This document shows positions 1-7,542 of a stretch of 43,459 nt of DNA, one piece after another. The translations under genes were made by a program, and so were the position numbers. This DNA comes from a virus, in IMG/VR virus record IMGVR_UViG_3300047409_000665, positions 1-43,459 of that record, one strand, 5' to 3'. The notes under the pieces are model-generated. The model ran no database searches and was not told the DNA's origin. It was given only the letters and a program-made list of their open reading frames with translations. Within the stretch, counting starts at the first letter, position 1; the number at the start of each line of letters is the position of its first letter.

Positions 1-127
1 TATTATTTATGTTTACTTTGTGAACATGTCCGTACACAAATAATCGCATCATTGTAATATATGAAGACCGAAATCAATTCGCCCTCAGAAGAGGCCGCTC
101 CGATTCGGCAGGATGCCGCGGTGATGG
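1..127. repeat. Terminal direct repeat, left copy; identical to 43333..43459 (circular-assembly overlap or terminal redundancy)
   Basis: Base-by-base reading: tattatttatgtttactttgtgaac...gccgcggtgatgg at 1-127 recurs exactly at 43333-43459, including the start of ORF 61..282. Confidence 0.97.
17..40. promoter_or_regulatory. Candidate operator: imperfect palindrome TTTGTGAAC-N6-GTACACAAA in the divergent switch region
   Basis: The arms at 17-25 and 32-40 match 8/9 as an inverted repeat. The site lies in the 120-nt gap between divergent RHH genes 42883..43272(-) and 61..282(+). Confidence 0.35.
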
Positions 128-282
128 TCAGGATTTCGCTTTCCATGCTCGATGAGCTCGATGAGCGCGCCCGATCACTTTACGCCACACGATCGGTGGC
201 TGTCAGACAGGCAATCGGGGATTGGCTTAAACGACATACCGAGTGCCCACCCAAGGGATCGGAGGCTCGAAAGTCTCGTTAA
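61..282 (+). CDS. Ribbon-helix-helix (CopG/Arc-like) DNA-binding protein; Cro-like early regulator candidate
   Basis: VRISLSMLDELDERARSLYATRSVAVRQAIGDWL has the strand-helix-helix pattern. It is the first gene of the rightward operon, divergent from a second RHH gene. Confidence 0.7.
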   Translation: MKTEINSPSEEAAPIRQDAAVMVRISLSMLDELDERARSLYATRSVAVRQAIGDWLKRHTECPPKGSEARKSR

Positions 283-301
283 CTCTGAACGAGTTCTTGT
301 T

Positions 302-601
302 ATGTCAGCATCGGAAGCACCAACCGCCTGGGAAATTGTACGCGCTGCTGAAACTTTAAAGGCTGCGGGTTTTTTGTTTTCGCCGCCCCAGAATGTCGCA
401 ATCCGGATTCGCCTTTACACATTTGCTGAAGCCGCGGAGATGACGGGGCTGCAGCTCACCTGGTGGCGACGACACCAAGGCGAGTTCCCCCACCTAACCA
501 AGCCGCCCGGCAGCCCGTTGCGGATCACCCTCGCTGATATCGAGGCTGCCATCAAACGGTGGCGAGTCAACGGCGAAGGCAGCCACGACAGTTCCCCTTG
601 A
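302..601 (+). CDS. HTH DNA-binding protein (MerR/AlpA/excisionase-type)
   Basis: YTFAEAAEMTGLQLTWWRRHQGEFPHL...PLRITLADIEAAI. ATG 302 was chosen because 152..301 of the ORF overlaps the RHH gene out of frame. Confidence 0.55.
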   Translation: MSASEAPTAWEIVRAAETLKAAGFLFSPPQNVAIRIRLYTFAEAAEMTGLQLTWWRRHQGEFPHLTKPPGSPLRITLADIEAAIKRWRVNGEGSHDSSP

Positions 602-610
602 TTAGTTTTT

Positions 611-1399
611 ATGCGCCTTTCAAACAGTCGCAGCCTGGCAGCCACCTGTCTGGATTTAAGCGAGGACTTGGTGTCGCAACCGCTACTTTTCGATCGCGAT
701 TTGCTGCCGGTGGAAGTGCCGATTTTACGGGCCGCGAAACGACTCAACAACACAGGAAAGATCGCATCACGCGATGAGGCCACAGCCATGGCGATCGCAG
801 TCTGCAAGCTCGCAGGATTGGGCAATGCCGAGACTGCAAAGCGAGTTGGGGTCAGCCATCACACCGTTCGCACTGTGTTGCGGATCCTCGAGGACTCTGG
901 ACGCATTCCATCGGCCTCGCAGCGTCTGGCGAGCCAACTTGGCGAGATGGCAGAATCAGCGTCGAACGAGATAGCCAAGCTAATTGATGAGGCGGATGGT
1001 GCCTGGACTCCAGCATCGGCTGGTGCTGTTCGGGCGCTCGGTGTTGCCGTCGGGATTGCGGTGGACAAACATCAGCTTCTAACCGGTCAGGCAACGGCGA
1101 TTGTGGAACAAAGAGTGGGTGCGCCCTCGGCGGATGCGGTGCGAGAGTGGGAGGCCAAACTGCGCCAGGTGTTCGGACCTGTCATCGACCTGGAGACATC
1201 ACCTACTGATTCACAATCAGATGTAATTCTGGATAACAGCCTCCTTAACAACACATCTGAGGCAAATGCTACTCATATTGCTACTCGTTCTGCTGCTCAA
1301 TTTGCTACCCACGACCTGCCCGAGGTGGCCTGCCCAGGGGGCGGGGGGGGTTGCCCGGCCGCGGCGGCCGGCGAAACGACGAGGGATTCCATCGAATAA
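611..1399 (+). CDS. HTH-containing early protein (regulator; function unclear)
   Basis: LGNAETAKRVGVSHHTVRTVLRIL helix-turn-helix; 262-aa ORF in the same orientation as the early operon. Confidence 0.5.
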   Translation: MRLSNSRSLAATCLDLSEDLVSQPLLFDRDLLPVEVPILRAAKRLNNTGKIASRDEATAMAIAVCKLAGLGNAETAKRVGVSHHTVRTVLRILEDSGRIPSASQRLASQLGEMAESASNEIAKLIDEADGAWTPASAGAVRALGVAVGIAVDKHQLLTGQATAIVEQRVGAPSADAVREWEAKLRQVFGPVIDLETSPTDSQSDVILDNSLLNNTSEANATHIATRSAAQFATHDLPEVACPGGGGGCPAAAAGETTRDSIE

Positions 1400-1402
1400 C
1401 TT

Positions 1403-1939
1403 ATGGAACAAGTGCCCCCAGCCGATTTGCAGGCACATCTTGACGAAACAACACCCTTTGTCGTCGCTGAGACCTGCCTTGCCAATGCCCTCGGCTTAAA
1501 ACGGGATGATCTCCGGGCGGCTCGCTCAAAAACCGTCCGCGGGACCGACTGGCAGGTCCGGGGACACGGCGTTTATTGGACCGAAAAGGCCGCTTATTTG
1601 CTCACCTCCCAGCAGCAGCCTCCAGATCCCTCGCCTGCCCCCTGCGAAAGCGTGGCGACCCCGTCCCAGGCGCCCGATGAGGCCGAAAATCTGCTTCCCC
1701 AGGCCGAGGTGCTGCGCGTCACGGCGTGGAATTTCCCCAATACGCGGGTGATTCGGTGCATTTCCGAAAATAATGGTCACGCGGGCCAGGACATCACGGT
1801 CCGGGTCAAGGACGCGCGTTTATTTCGCAACGGCATGCTGGTGTTAGCGCGCCCGCAGCCTGGAGCAGCCTGGGAATTCCTCGGCAACCCGGCAAACCCC
1901 GAGGGCCCGCGCCATCCCCGCTGGCCCGGTCGCTGGTAA
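1403..1939 (+). CDS. Hypothetical early protein
   Basis: 178-aa ORF starting 4 nt after the previous stop; no motif recognised. Confidence 0.55.
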   Translation: MEQVPPADLQAHLDETTPFVVAETCLANALGLKRDDLRAARSKTVRGTDWQVRGHGVYWTEKAAYLLTSQQQPPDPSPAPCESVATPSQAPDEAENLLPQAEVLRVTAWNFPNTRVIRCISENNGHAGQDITVRVKDARLFRNGMLVLARPQPGAAWEFLGNPANPEGPRHPRWPGRW

Positions 1940-1949
1940 AATTACCCTT

Positions 1950-2294
1950 ATGAATTCTGACCCAGTCAGCAATCTCCAGGCGCAGATTCAAAAACTCATT
2001 GAGGAGCATGAAAGCCCGATGGTCATGGCTTGCATTGATGCCATCCGCTCCTTTCCCGAGTTGCGCTTCAGCTCGGTTGATGTGTTGGCCTGGGTTCAGC
2101 TTCATCGAAAGCATGTTGAAGCCGGGCTTACGCTCCAACAAGTGGCCCAGGCATTAAACCACCTCTCTGATCTCCGGATGGTTCGGCGGGACCGGGAGGA
2201 AGAAGTGGACCCCTTTGCCATTTGGCGGCGACTCCCGGCGATCGAACCGAAACCCGAATCGCAAACCAACATTCCAAAAGGAAAATCACGATGA
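1950..2294 (+). CDS. Hypothetical protein, paralog A of a tandem pair (winged-helix-like)
   Basis: CIDAIRSFPELRFSSVDVLAWVQLHRKH...LNHLSDLRMV aligns with CLEGIRSFPDEEFTTEQLVQWIEKHRPH...AKLSDLHLRGL in the next gene. Confidence 0.6.
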   Translation: MNSDPVSNLQAQIQKLIEEHESPMVMACIDAIRSFPELRFSSVDVLAWVQLHRKHVEAGLTLQQVAQALNHLSDLRMVRRDREEEVDPFAIWRRLPAIEPKPESQTNIPKGKSR

Positions 2295-2755
2295 ACTACG
2301 CCCTCATTAACAAGCTCAAGGAAGTGCAGATCCAGTTGGAAAACGTTCGCACGATCATCTCAAGCCTTGTCGACGATATCGTCCTGAGCGGCAAAATGCC
2401 GCCGCCGCGCTGCGAACCCCACGACAGATCATCTGATGAAGCCTGGCCGGGGCCCGCGATGATCCAGTTCGAGATGGCGTGCTTAGAGGGGATTCGGTCA
2501 TTCCCTGATGAGGAGTTCACCACTGAACAACTTGTTCAATGGATCGAAAAGCATCGGCCTCACCTGTTGCCTCATTCCTCTAAAAAGGCGCGCGCCGTCA
2601 TTGCCGCCAAGCTTTCCGATCTTCATCTGCGAGGTCTGATCAACCATGCGATGAAGAACGCCAGCCACATCAGTTGGCGCAGGACCGCATTGATCGACGC
2701 TTTGCAGGAGAAGGCTGAAACAGAAATCACCAAGGAGGCCGCCCTAACACACTGA
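2291..2755 (+). CDS. Hypothetical protein, paralog B of the tandem pair
   Basis: ATG 2291 overlaps the upstream TGA (ATGA). Shares the IRSFP...W...H...LSDL motif with 1950..2294. Confidence 0.6.
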   Translation: MNYALINKLKEVQIQLENVRTIISSLVDDIVLSGKMPPPRCEPHDRSSDEAWPGPAMIQFEMACLEGIRSFPDEEFTTEQLVQWIEKHRPHLLPHSSKKARAVIAAKLSDLHLRGLINHAMKNASHISWRRTALIDALQEKAETEITKEAALTH

Positions 2756-2778
2756 TTTAACCACGACACGCCGCTGCC

Positions 2779-3786
2779 ATGCCCTCGCTCAACGTCGATA
2801 TCGACTTCCCCGATCATCCGCAGACGCTCCGATTGGTACGTCTGGTCGGCGACCAGGCTGCGATGATCCTGTTCCGGCTTTGGAGTTACGCGGGCAAGTT
2901 TGCGGCTAGCGACGGAATATTGCTGAATTGTTCTGCCGAGGAAATTGAACGGATTTGCGGCTGGCGCGGGCGAAAAGGCAAGGCCGTCAAGGCCCTGGTC
3001 ACCACTGGGTACCTGGAATGCCGCAAAAACACCTATGTGCTCCACAACTGGGTCAAACACCAGGGCCATATCGCCCGGTTTCGGATCCGCGCCCAGGTCG
3101 CGAATACGACCCGGTGGTCAAAGGATCCAACAAGGACTCCTAAATCCATCCAACAAGGATCCAACAAGGACTCCTTGGTTGATCCTAGCTGCGTATCACA
3201 AGGACTCCTTAATGATCCAACAAGGACTCCTAGAGCTTCCCCCCCGCCCTCTCTCTCCCCTCCCTCGCCCCTTTCCCCCCCCTACAACCCCCCTCATACC
3301 CCACACCTACCCCTCGCTCTCCCACCCCCCGCAGTAGCAGTGACAGAGCAGCGGGCGGGTATACCACAGGGTACAGTAGTTGGCGAAACTACCGCAGCCC
3401 GCCCCCATAAAACCCCGGATTCTATTGGGGATTCCGCCGCTTTCGAAGGTGAAAAAGAAAGTGGTTCAAAAGCTGAAAATGGAACTGCCTTTGCCGAGTG
3501 GCCAACGCATGGCGAATGGTGCGCCGCGGCACGCATGGAAGGGATGACCACGACCCAGCTCGAAACCGAGTGGGCCAACCAGGAGCGGAAGGCCCCGATC
3601 GAACGGTGGCGCGGCATCGACCGGACCCGGCTCCGGCACCACGCGAGCTTTGTCCTGGCCAAGATCCGCGAGCGAACAGGGGGCAAGGCCCCGGCTGGCG
3701 CCCGCGGTGCGGCCAAGGCCTTCGCTCACGAGGTGGGCGAGGAAGCCGAGATCAAAATCCTGAACAAGGAGCACACCCATGGATGA
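2779..3786 (+). CDS. Replication initiator / replisome-organizer-like protein with internal iterons and a Pro-rich linker
   Basis: It sits directly upstream of the DnaC-like and DnaB genes. The N-terminus (LWSYAGKFAASDGILL..SAEEIERICGW..KALVTTGYL) resembles phage replisome organizers. It contains the 19-mer DNA repeats. Confidence 0.5.
   Translation: MPSLNVDIDFPDHPQTLRLVRLVGDQAAMILFRLWSYAGKFAASDGILLNCSAEEIERICGWRGRKGKAVKALVTTGYLECRKNTYVLHNWVKHQGHIARFRIRAQVANTTRWSKDPTRTPKSIQQGSNKDSLVDPSCVSQGLLNDPTRTPRASPPPSLSPPSPLSPPYNPPHTPHLPLALPPPAVAVTEQRAGIPQGTVVGETTAARPHKTPDSIGDSAAFEGEKESGSKAENGTAFAEWPTHGEWCAAARMEGMTTTQLETEWANQERKAPIERWRGIDRTRLRHHASFVLAKIRERTGGKAPAGARGAAKAFAHEVGEEAEIKILNKEHTHG
3123..3231. 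repeat. Iteron-like direct repeats (candidate ori): GGATCCAACAAGGACTCCT x3 plus one shortened copy
   Basis: Copies at 3123-3141, 3157-3175 and 3213-3231 (first base T), with ATCACAAGGACTCCT at 3195-3209. A polypyrimidine tract follows at about 3240-3330. Confidence 0.6.
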
Positions 3787-4465
3787 CACCGATCCTCAGA
3801 GTTCGTGGGAACCCCGGATCATTTCCGACGAGGAGTTCGAGCGGACCCAGCGCCGGATGCGGCGCGATGACCTTCGCTGCGAAGCCGACCTGCCCGACGC
3901 CGCCGTGGCGTGGTGGAGATTTCGTAACAAGGTGTTAGAAACTCCCGCCTGGGCCCATGCGGCCCCGAGCTCAAAGGGGCCATGGGACAACGCCTACAAT
4001 GTGGCCCGGCGCCGGGTCGAGAGCCGCAACGAGCGGGACACCGGCCTCATCGTTGGCCTGGTCGGTCGGCATGGGTCTGGCAAGACCGTGATGGCCACCG
4101 GCCTGATGCTGCTCGTCACCGCCCGGCTGCAGTCCGCCCGTTACACGACCCTGTTCGACGTGAGCCTCTCGCTGGAGGCCGCCCTCGAATCGCACGGGGA
4201 AACCACGCGCGAGGAGGTCGTCGCCAGTTATCGGCAGCCGCGCCTACTGGTGATCGACGATTGCTCGGCCTGCGCCGGCTCCGAATCGGAGTCGCGCTTC
4301 CTGCGCGGCATCCTGGACCACCGTTACTACAAGAAACGGGACACCATCCTGATCTCAAACGACAGCTCGGAGGGATTCTCATCCTTCATCGGCAAGGCGA
4401 ACATGAACCGCCTCAATCAAGGTGGCGGCATCATCGAGTGCAACTGGGAATGCTTCCGAAAATGA
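3779..4465 (+). CDS. DnaC/IstB-like AAA+ helicase loader
   Basis: Walker A GLVGRHGSGKTVMATGL and Walker B RLLVIDDCSA; immediately upstream of and overlapping dnaB. Confidence 0.75.
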   Translation: MDDTDPQSSWEPRIISDEEFERTQRRMRRDDLRCEADLPDAAVAWWRFRNKVLETPAWAHAAPSSKGPWDNAYNVARRRVESRNERDTGLIVGLVGRHGSGKTVMATGLMLLVTARLQSARYTTLFDVSLSLEAALESHGETTREEVVASYRQPRLLVIDDCSACAGSESESRFLRGILDHRYYKKRDTILISNDSSEGFSSFIGKANMNRLNQGGGIIECNWECFRK

Positions 4466-5979
4466 ATCCGGACTCCTTTGCATTGCCCCCCCACGCGCCT
4501 GAGGCCGAAAGAGGGGTGTTAGGCAGTCTGCTCCTTGCGGCGTCGGCAGGCGCCGACGAGTACGAGCGCGCGATGGGCCAGGCCCAGGAGAAATTGAGCT
4601 GTGCTGACGGCGTCGGCCTGCAGTTCTTCGAGAACGCCAACCGGACGATATATCAGGCGATGCTCGCCCTGGATTCCGAGAACCTCCGGCCCGATCTGGT
4701 CCTGCTGGTGACCCGGCTGCGTGACCTGGGAATGCTCGAGGAGGTGGGCGGTCCCGCCTATGTCTCGAGCCTGCTCGATGCGAGCCCGAGCCCTCTGAAT
4801 CTCGAGGTGTATCTCGAGGTCGTGGTGGCGAAATACCGGATCCGCCTGAGCCTTCGGGTCGCGGGCGATCACATGATGCAGGCCGGCACCGCGACCGATG
4901 CCAATGAATTGATTTCTCAATTCGAGGGCCATGTCATCGCCTTGAATGACCAGGGCGGACAGGAAGGCCCGAAGGTCATCGGCGACTTGATCCCCGCCGC
5001 CTTGCACACCATCGAGGTCAGCACCCAGCACCGTGCGCAAGGCTTGGCCACCGGGATACAATCGCCCTGGGGCTATTACAACAAGCTCACCATGGGATTT
5101 CTTCCCCGGCAACTAACACTTGTCGGCGGCGAATCCAGCGTTGGCAAGACCTCGTGGATGCTAAACCTTGCCAACCACATCGCCGTTGTTCAAAGAGTGC
5201 CGGTCGGCATCCTGAGTGCCGAGAGCGGCAAGGAGGAATTGACGATTCGGCTTTTATGCATCGAGGGGCGTGTTAGCGGAAAGAAGGTGCATTCGGGCTA
5301 TGCGGGCGAGACGGACTTGCGCGGTCTGGTCCGGAGCGCCGGCCGATTGACCCATGCCCCGATCTACATCGATGACCGCGATGAATTGACGCCGCTCAAT
5401 ATCCGCGTGCGGGGTCGCCGGCTGGTGAAGCAATTCGGCTGCAGGATCCTGATGCTCGATCACCTCCACGAGTGCTACGCGCCCGAGGCCCGTGGCGATA
5501 TGAAACTGGAGGGCAAACTTCTCATGACCGCCTGCCGGTGGCTCGCGCGGACTCTGGACGTGCCCGTCGTCGTCCTGGCGCAACTCAACCGGGAGGGCCA
5601 GCGCGAGATGGCCAAGAGCAGGAAACGCCGGCCCATCAAGACAGACCTCCGTGAGAGCGGTTACCTCGAGCAGATGGCCGATAACATCGGGATTCTGTAC
5701 CGCGATCGGCGCAATGAAGACGACAAGAAATCTGGCGAGGAAGATGAACAAGAGACACCAGAGGCTGCGGAAGCGCGGGAGGAAACATGGCGCGTCTCGA
5801 TGGAAGTCCTCAAGCAGCGCAATGGGCCGACAGGCGCCGTTGAACTGCTCTTCCACCGCCCGACCTTTCGTTTTCTGGACCGTCACGCGAATACCGGTGC
5901 CGTGGAGGCTGGCAAGAAGGTCGCGGCCCTCAATGTAGAGGCTGAATTACTTGCCGAGGCAGAGGAGGAGATCCCGTGA
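4462..5979 (+). CDS. dnaB: Replicative DNA helicase DnaB
   Basis: N-terminal PHAPEAERGVLGSLLL, Walker A GGESSVGKTSWMLNLA, ILMLDHLH, VVVLAQLNREG, LRESGYLEQMADNIGILYR. ATG 4462 forms an ATGA overlap with the loader stop. Confidence 0.9.
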   Translation: MNPDSFALPPHAPEAERGVLGSLLLAASAGADEYERAMGQAQEKLSCADGVGLQFFENANRTIYQAMLALDSENLRPDLVLLVTRLRDLGMLEEVGGPAYVSSLLDASPSPLNLEVYLEVVVAKYRIRLSLRVAGDHMMQAGTATDANELISQFEGHVIALNDQGGQEGPKVIGDLIPAALHTIEVSTQHRAQGLATGIQSPWGYYNKLTMGFLPRQLTLVGGESSVGKTSWMLNLANHIAVVQRVPVGILSAESGKEELTIRLLCIEGRVSGKKVHSGYAGETDLRGLVRSAGRLTHAPIYIDDRDELTPLNIRVRGRRLVKQFGCRILMLDHLHECYAPEARGDMKLEGKLLMTACRWLARTLDVPVVVLAQLNREGQREMAKSRKRRPIKTDLRESGYLEQMADNIGILYRDRRNEDDKKSGEEDEQETPEAAEAREETWRVSMEVLKQRNGPTGAVELLFHRPTFRFLDRHANTGAVEAGKKVAALNVEAELLAEAEEEIP

Positions 5980-5982
5980 GCC

Positions 5983-6180
5983 ATGAATCCGTCGGTCTCT
6001 CACATCCCCATCGAAGAGCAGGTCCGCTGTGCCGAGCGCGAGGTGGAGAAACGGAAGAGATTTTATCCGAAGTGGGTCGCCGAGGGGCGGATGCCCCAAC
6101 TCAAGGCCGATCGGGAGATCGCCGCCATGGAAGCCATCGTTGAAACGCTCAAAAATGTGAAACAACCCCTGTTATTATGA
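5983..6180 (+). CDS. Small hypothetical protein
   Basis: 65-aa ORF, 4 nt after the dnaB stop. Confidence 0.5.
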   Translation: MNPSVSHIPIEEQVRCAEREVEKRKRFYPKWVAEGRMPQLKADREIAAMEAIVETLKNVKQPLLL

Positions 6181-6404
6181 ACCCGAGATACCCATTTGGC
6201 CTGAAACAAAAGGCCAAAGTCATTGATGTAACCAAGGCATTCATCAGCCTGATTCAGGAGGGTGAATCCGTAACGATTCCCAACGCTCCTTATCATCTGG
6301 TTCAACCTGAACCGGGCGATATTTGCACGGTTGAATACATGGATGGTGGAGGTGAAGGCGGATACTGGCGGATCATCGAGAGTTCCTCTGGAGAGGAATC
6401 ATGA
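6177..6404 (+). CDS. Small hypothetical protein
   Basis: ATGA overlap with the previous gene; 75 aa. Confidence 0.5.
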   Translation: MNPRYPFGLKQKAKVIDVTKAFISLIQEGESVTIPNAPYHLVQPEPGDICTVEYMDGGGEGGYWRIIESSSGEES

Positions 6405-6517
6405 AACCGGAGGATGATCCTGAACTCAAACGGGATGTCCGGCTTATCCGCGTTGTGCTGCTCGGCGTCCCAGTGGCCCTCCTCCTTGGAGGCCTGATTT
6501 ACCTCCTTTTCCGATAA
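6401..6517 (+). CDS. 38-aa single-pass membrane peptide (not in the supplied ORF track)
   Basis: ATG 6401 in an ATGA overlap. Translates to MKPEDDPELKRDVRLIRVVLLGVPVALLLGGLIYLLFR with stop TAA at 6515-6517. Confidence 0.4.
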   Translation: MKPEDDPELKRDVRLIRVVLLGVPVALLLGGLIYLLFR

Positions 6518-6526
6518 GAGCGGAGA

Positions 6527-7321
6527 ATGAATGAACCGGTCCACATCCTGGTCACCTGCCGTAAGCAGAAACTCGAGCAGGCGGCCACATTGATTTTCAA
6601 GACGCTCCGGGTGGGCTTTCCTGATGTGCCCGTCACAGTCTCCATGGGCACAGGGCATTGTTGCAAGGCGGTGATTCGCAAAGCAGCCGTATCGGTGGGA
6701 GCAGAAATTGTTGAGATCCGCGACATTGAGCAATTTGGCCCGCCCCATGACAGTTGGTTGGAACAACTCATCGCGTCGGAAGAAGACCCCTTCTGGATTT
6801 GCGATACTGACGTGGTGTTCTGGAAACGCTTTGAACACACCGCGGATGGTTCGGCGCTGGCTGGGGTGCGAGTGCCCGGCTTCTTTGAGCCTTGGACTGG
6901 GACCCAATACCGCGAACGGCTGCATACCTCCCTCATGCGGATTGATCCGGAAAAATTTAGGAAATCAGCAGACGAATACGAGGCCCAATTTCCGCAGGAG
7001 CCATTCCGACCTCAGCTCATGTTTGTTTCCCAGCAATACCAACCCGAACGCCGGAATGGCACGGTCACGACCCATTTCTACGACACGTTGGCGATGGCCT
7101 GGCACGCGTTTGGCGGGCAGGAATTCACCCAGGAACAGATCGAGTCGTTCTCGCACCTCAACTGCGCTACTTACGCTGATCTGATCGCCCCCGCGGTCGA
7201 TTTCGACATGCTCGGCGCCCATAAAGCCGTCTACGAGAACATCGAGAACGCCCGCGGACTATGGGCTAAACAATTTGAGTGGTTCGCACAGCACCGAGAG
7301 AAGCCAAAACAAATAAAATGA
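6527..7321 (+). CDS. Hypothetical enzyme, possible GT-A-like nucleotide-sugar transferase (DxD)
   Basis: N-terminal beta-strand HILVTCRK and acidic motif FWICDTDVVFW; no TM segments. Confidence 0.3.
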   Translation: MNEPVHILVTCRKQKLEQAATLIFKTLRVGFPDVPVTVSMGTGHCCKAVIRKAAVSVGAEIVEIRDIEQFGPPHDSWLEQLIASEEDPFWICDTDVVFWKRFEHTADGSALAGVRVPGFFEPWTGTQYRERLHTSLMRIDPEKFRKSADEYEAQFPQEPFRPQLMFVSQQYQPERRNGTVTTHFYDTLAMAWHAFGGQEFTQEQIESFSHLNCATYADLIAPAVDFDMLGAHKAVYENIENARGLWAKQFEWFAQHREKPKQIK

Positions 7322-7542
7322 AGATTATCAGGCCAAGGGTCTCACCGAGGCAGTTGAATCTAGCCCTTGGAGACTGGGTGGAATACCAGCATGACGATGG
7401 CCACAAGACGCTACATCCGGTCTCGGGGTATCCGGCGAAGCTAGGGGGGCACACATGGGTGATATGGCTTGATGGCGTTGTGGGTTGCGTCGCTCTCTCG
7501 CGTTGTAAGCCCACCAAGTTTTATCCGGCAGCCGCACAATGA
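7318..7542 (+). CDS. Small hypothetical protein translationally coupled to terL
   Basis: ATGA overlaps at both ends (7318 and 7539); 74 aa, beta-rich. Confidence 0.5.
   Translation: MKIIRPRVSPRQLNLALGDWVEYQHDDGHKTLHPVSGYPAKLGGHTWVIWLDGVVGCVALSRCKPTKFYPAAAQ

Noticed and set aside
611-1399. Small terminase subunit
   Set aside because: The HTH followed by a helical region is compatible with TerS, but the gene lies in the early operon about 6 kb upstream of terL, separated from it by the replication genes. There is no specific TerS motif, so it is kept as a generic HTH protein. No convincing TerS was identified in the genome.
3982-4461. N-terminal 160 codons of the 665-aa ORF containing DnaB
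   Set aside because: This part overlaps the DnaC-like gene out of frame and translates to Arg/Pro/Gly-rich sequence. DnaB homology begins at MNPDSFALPPHAPEAERGVLGSLLL, and ATG 4462 forms an ATGA overlap.
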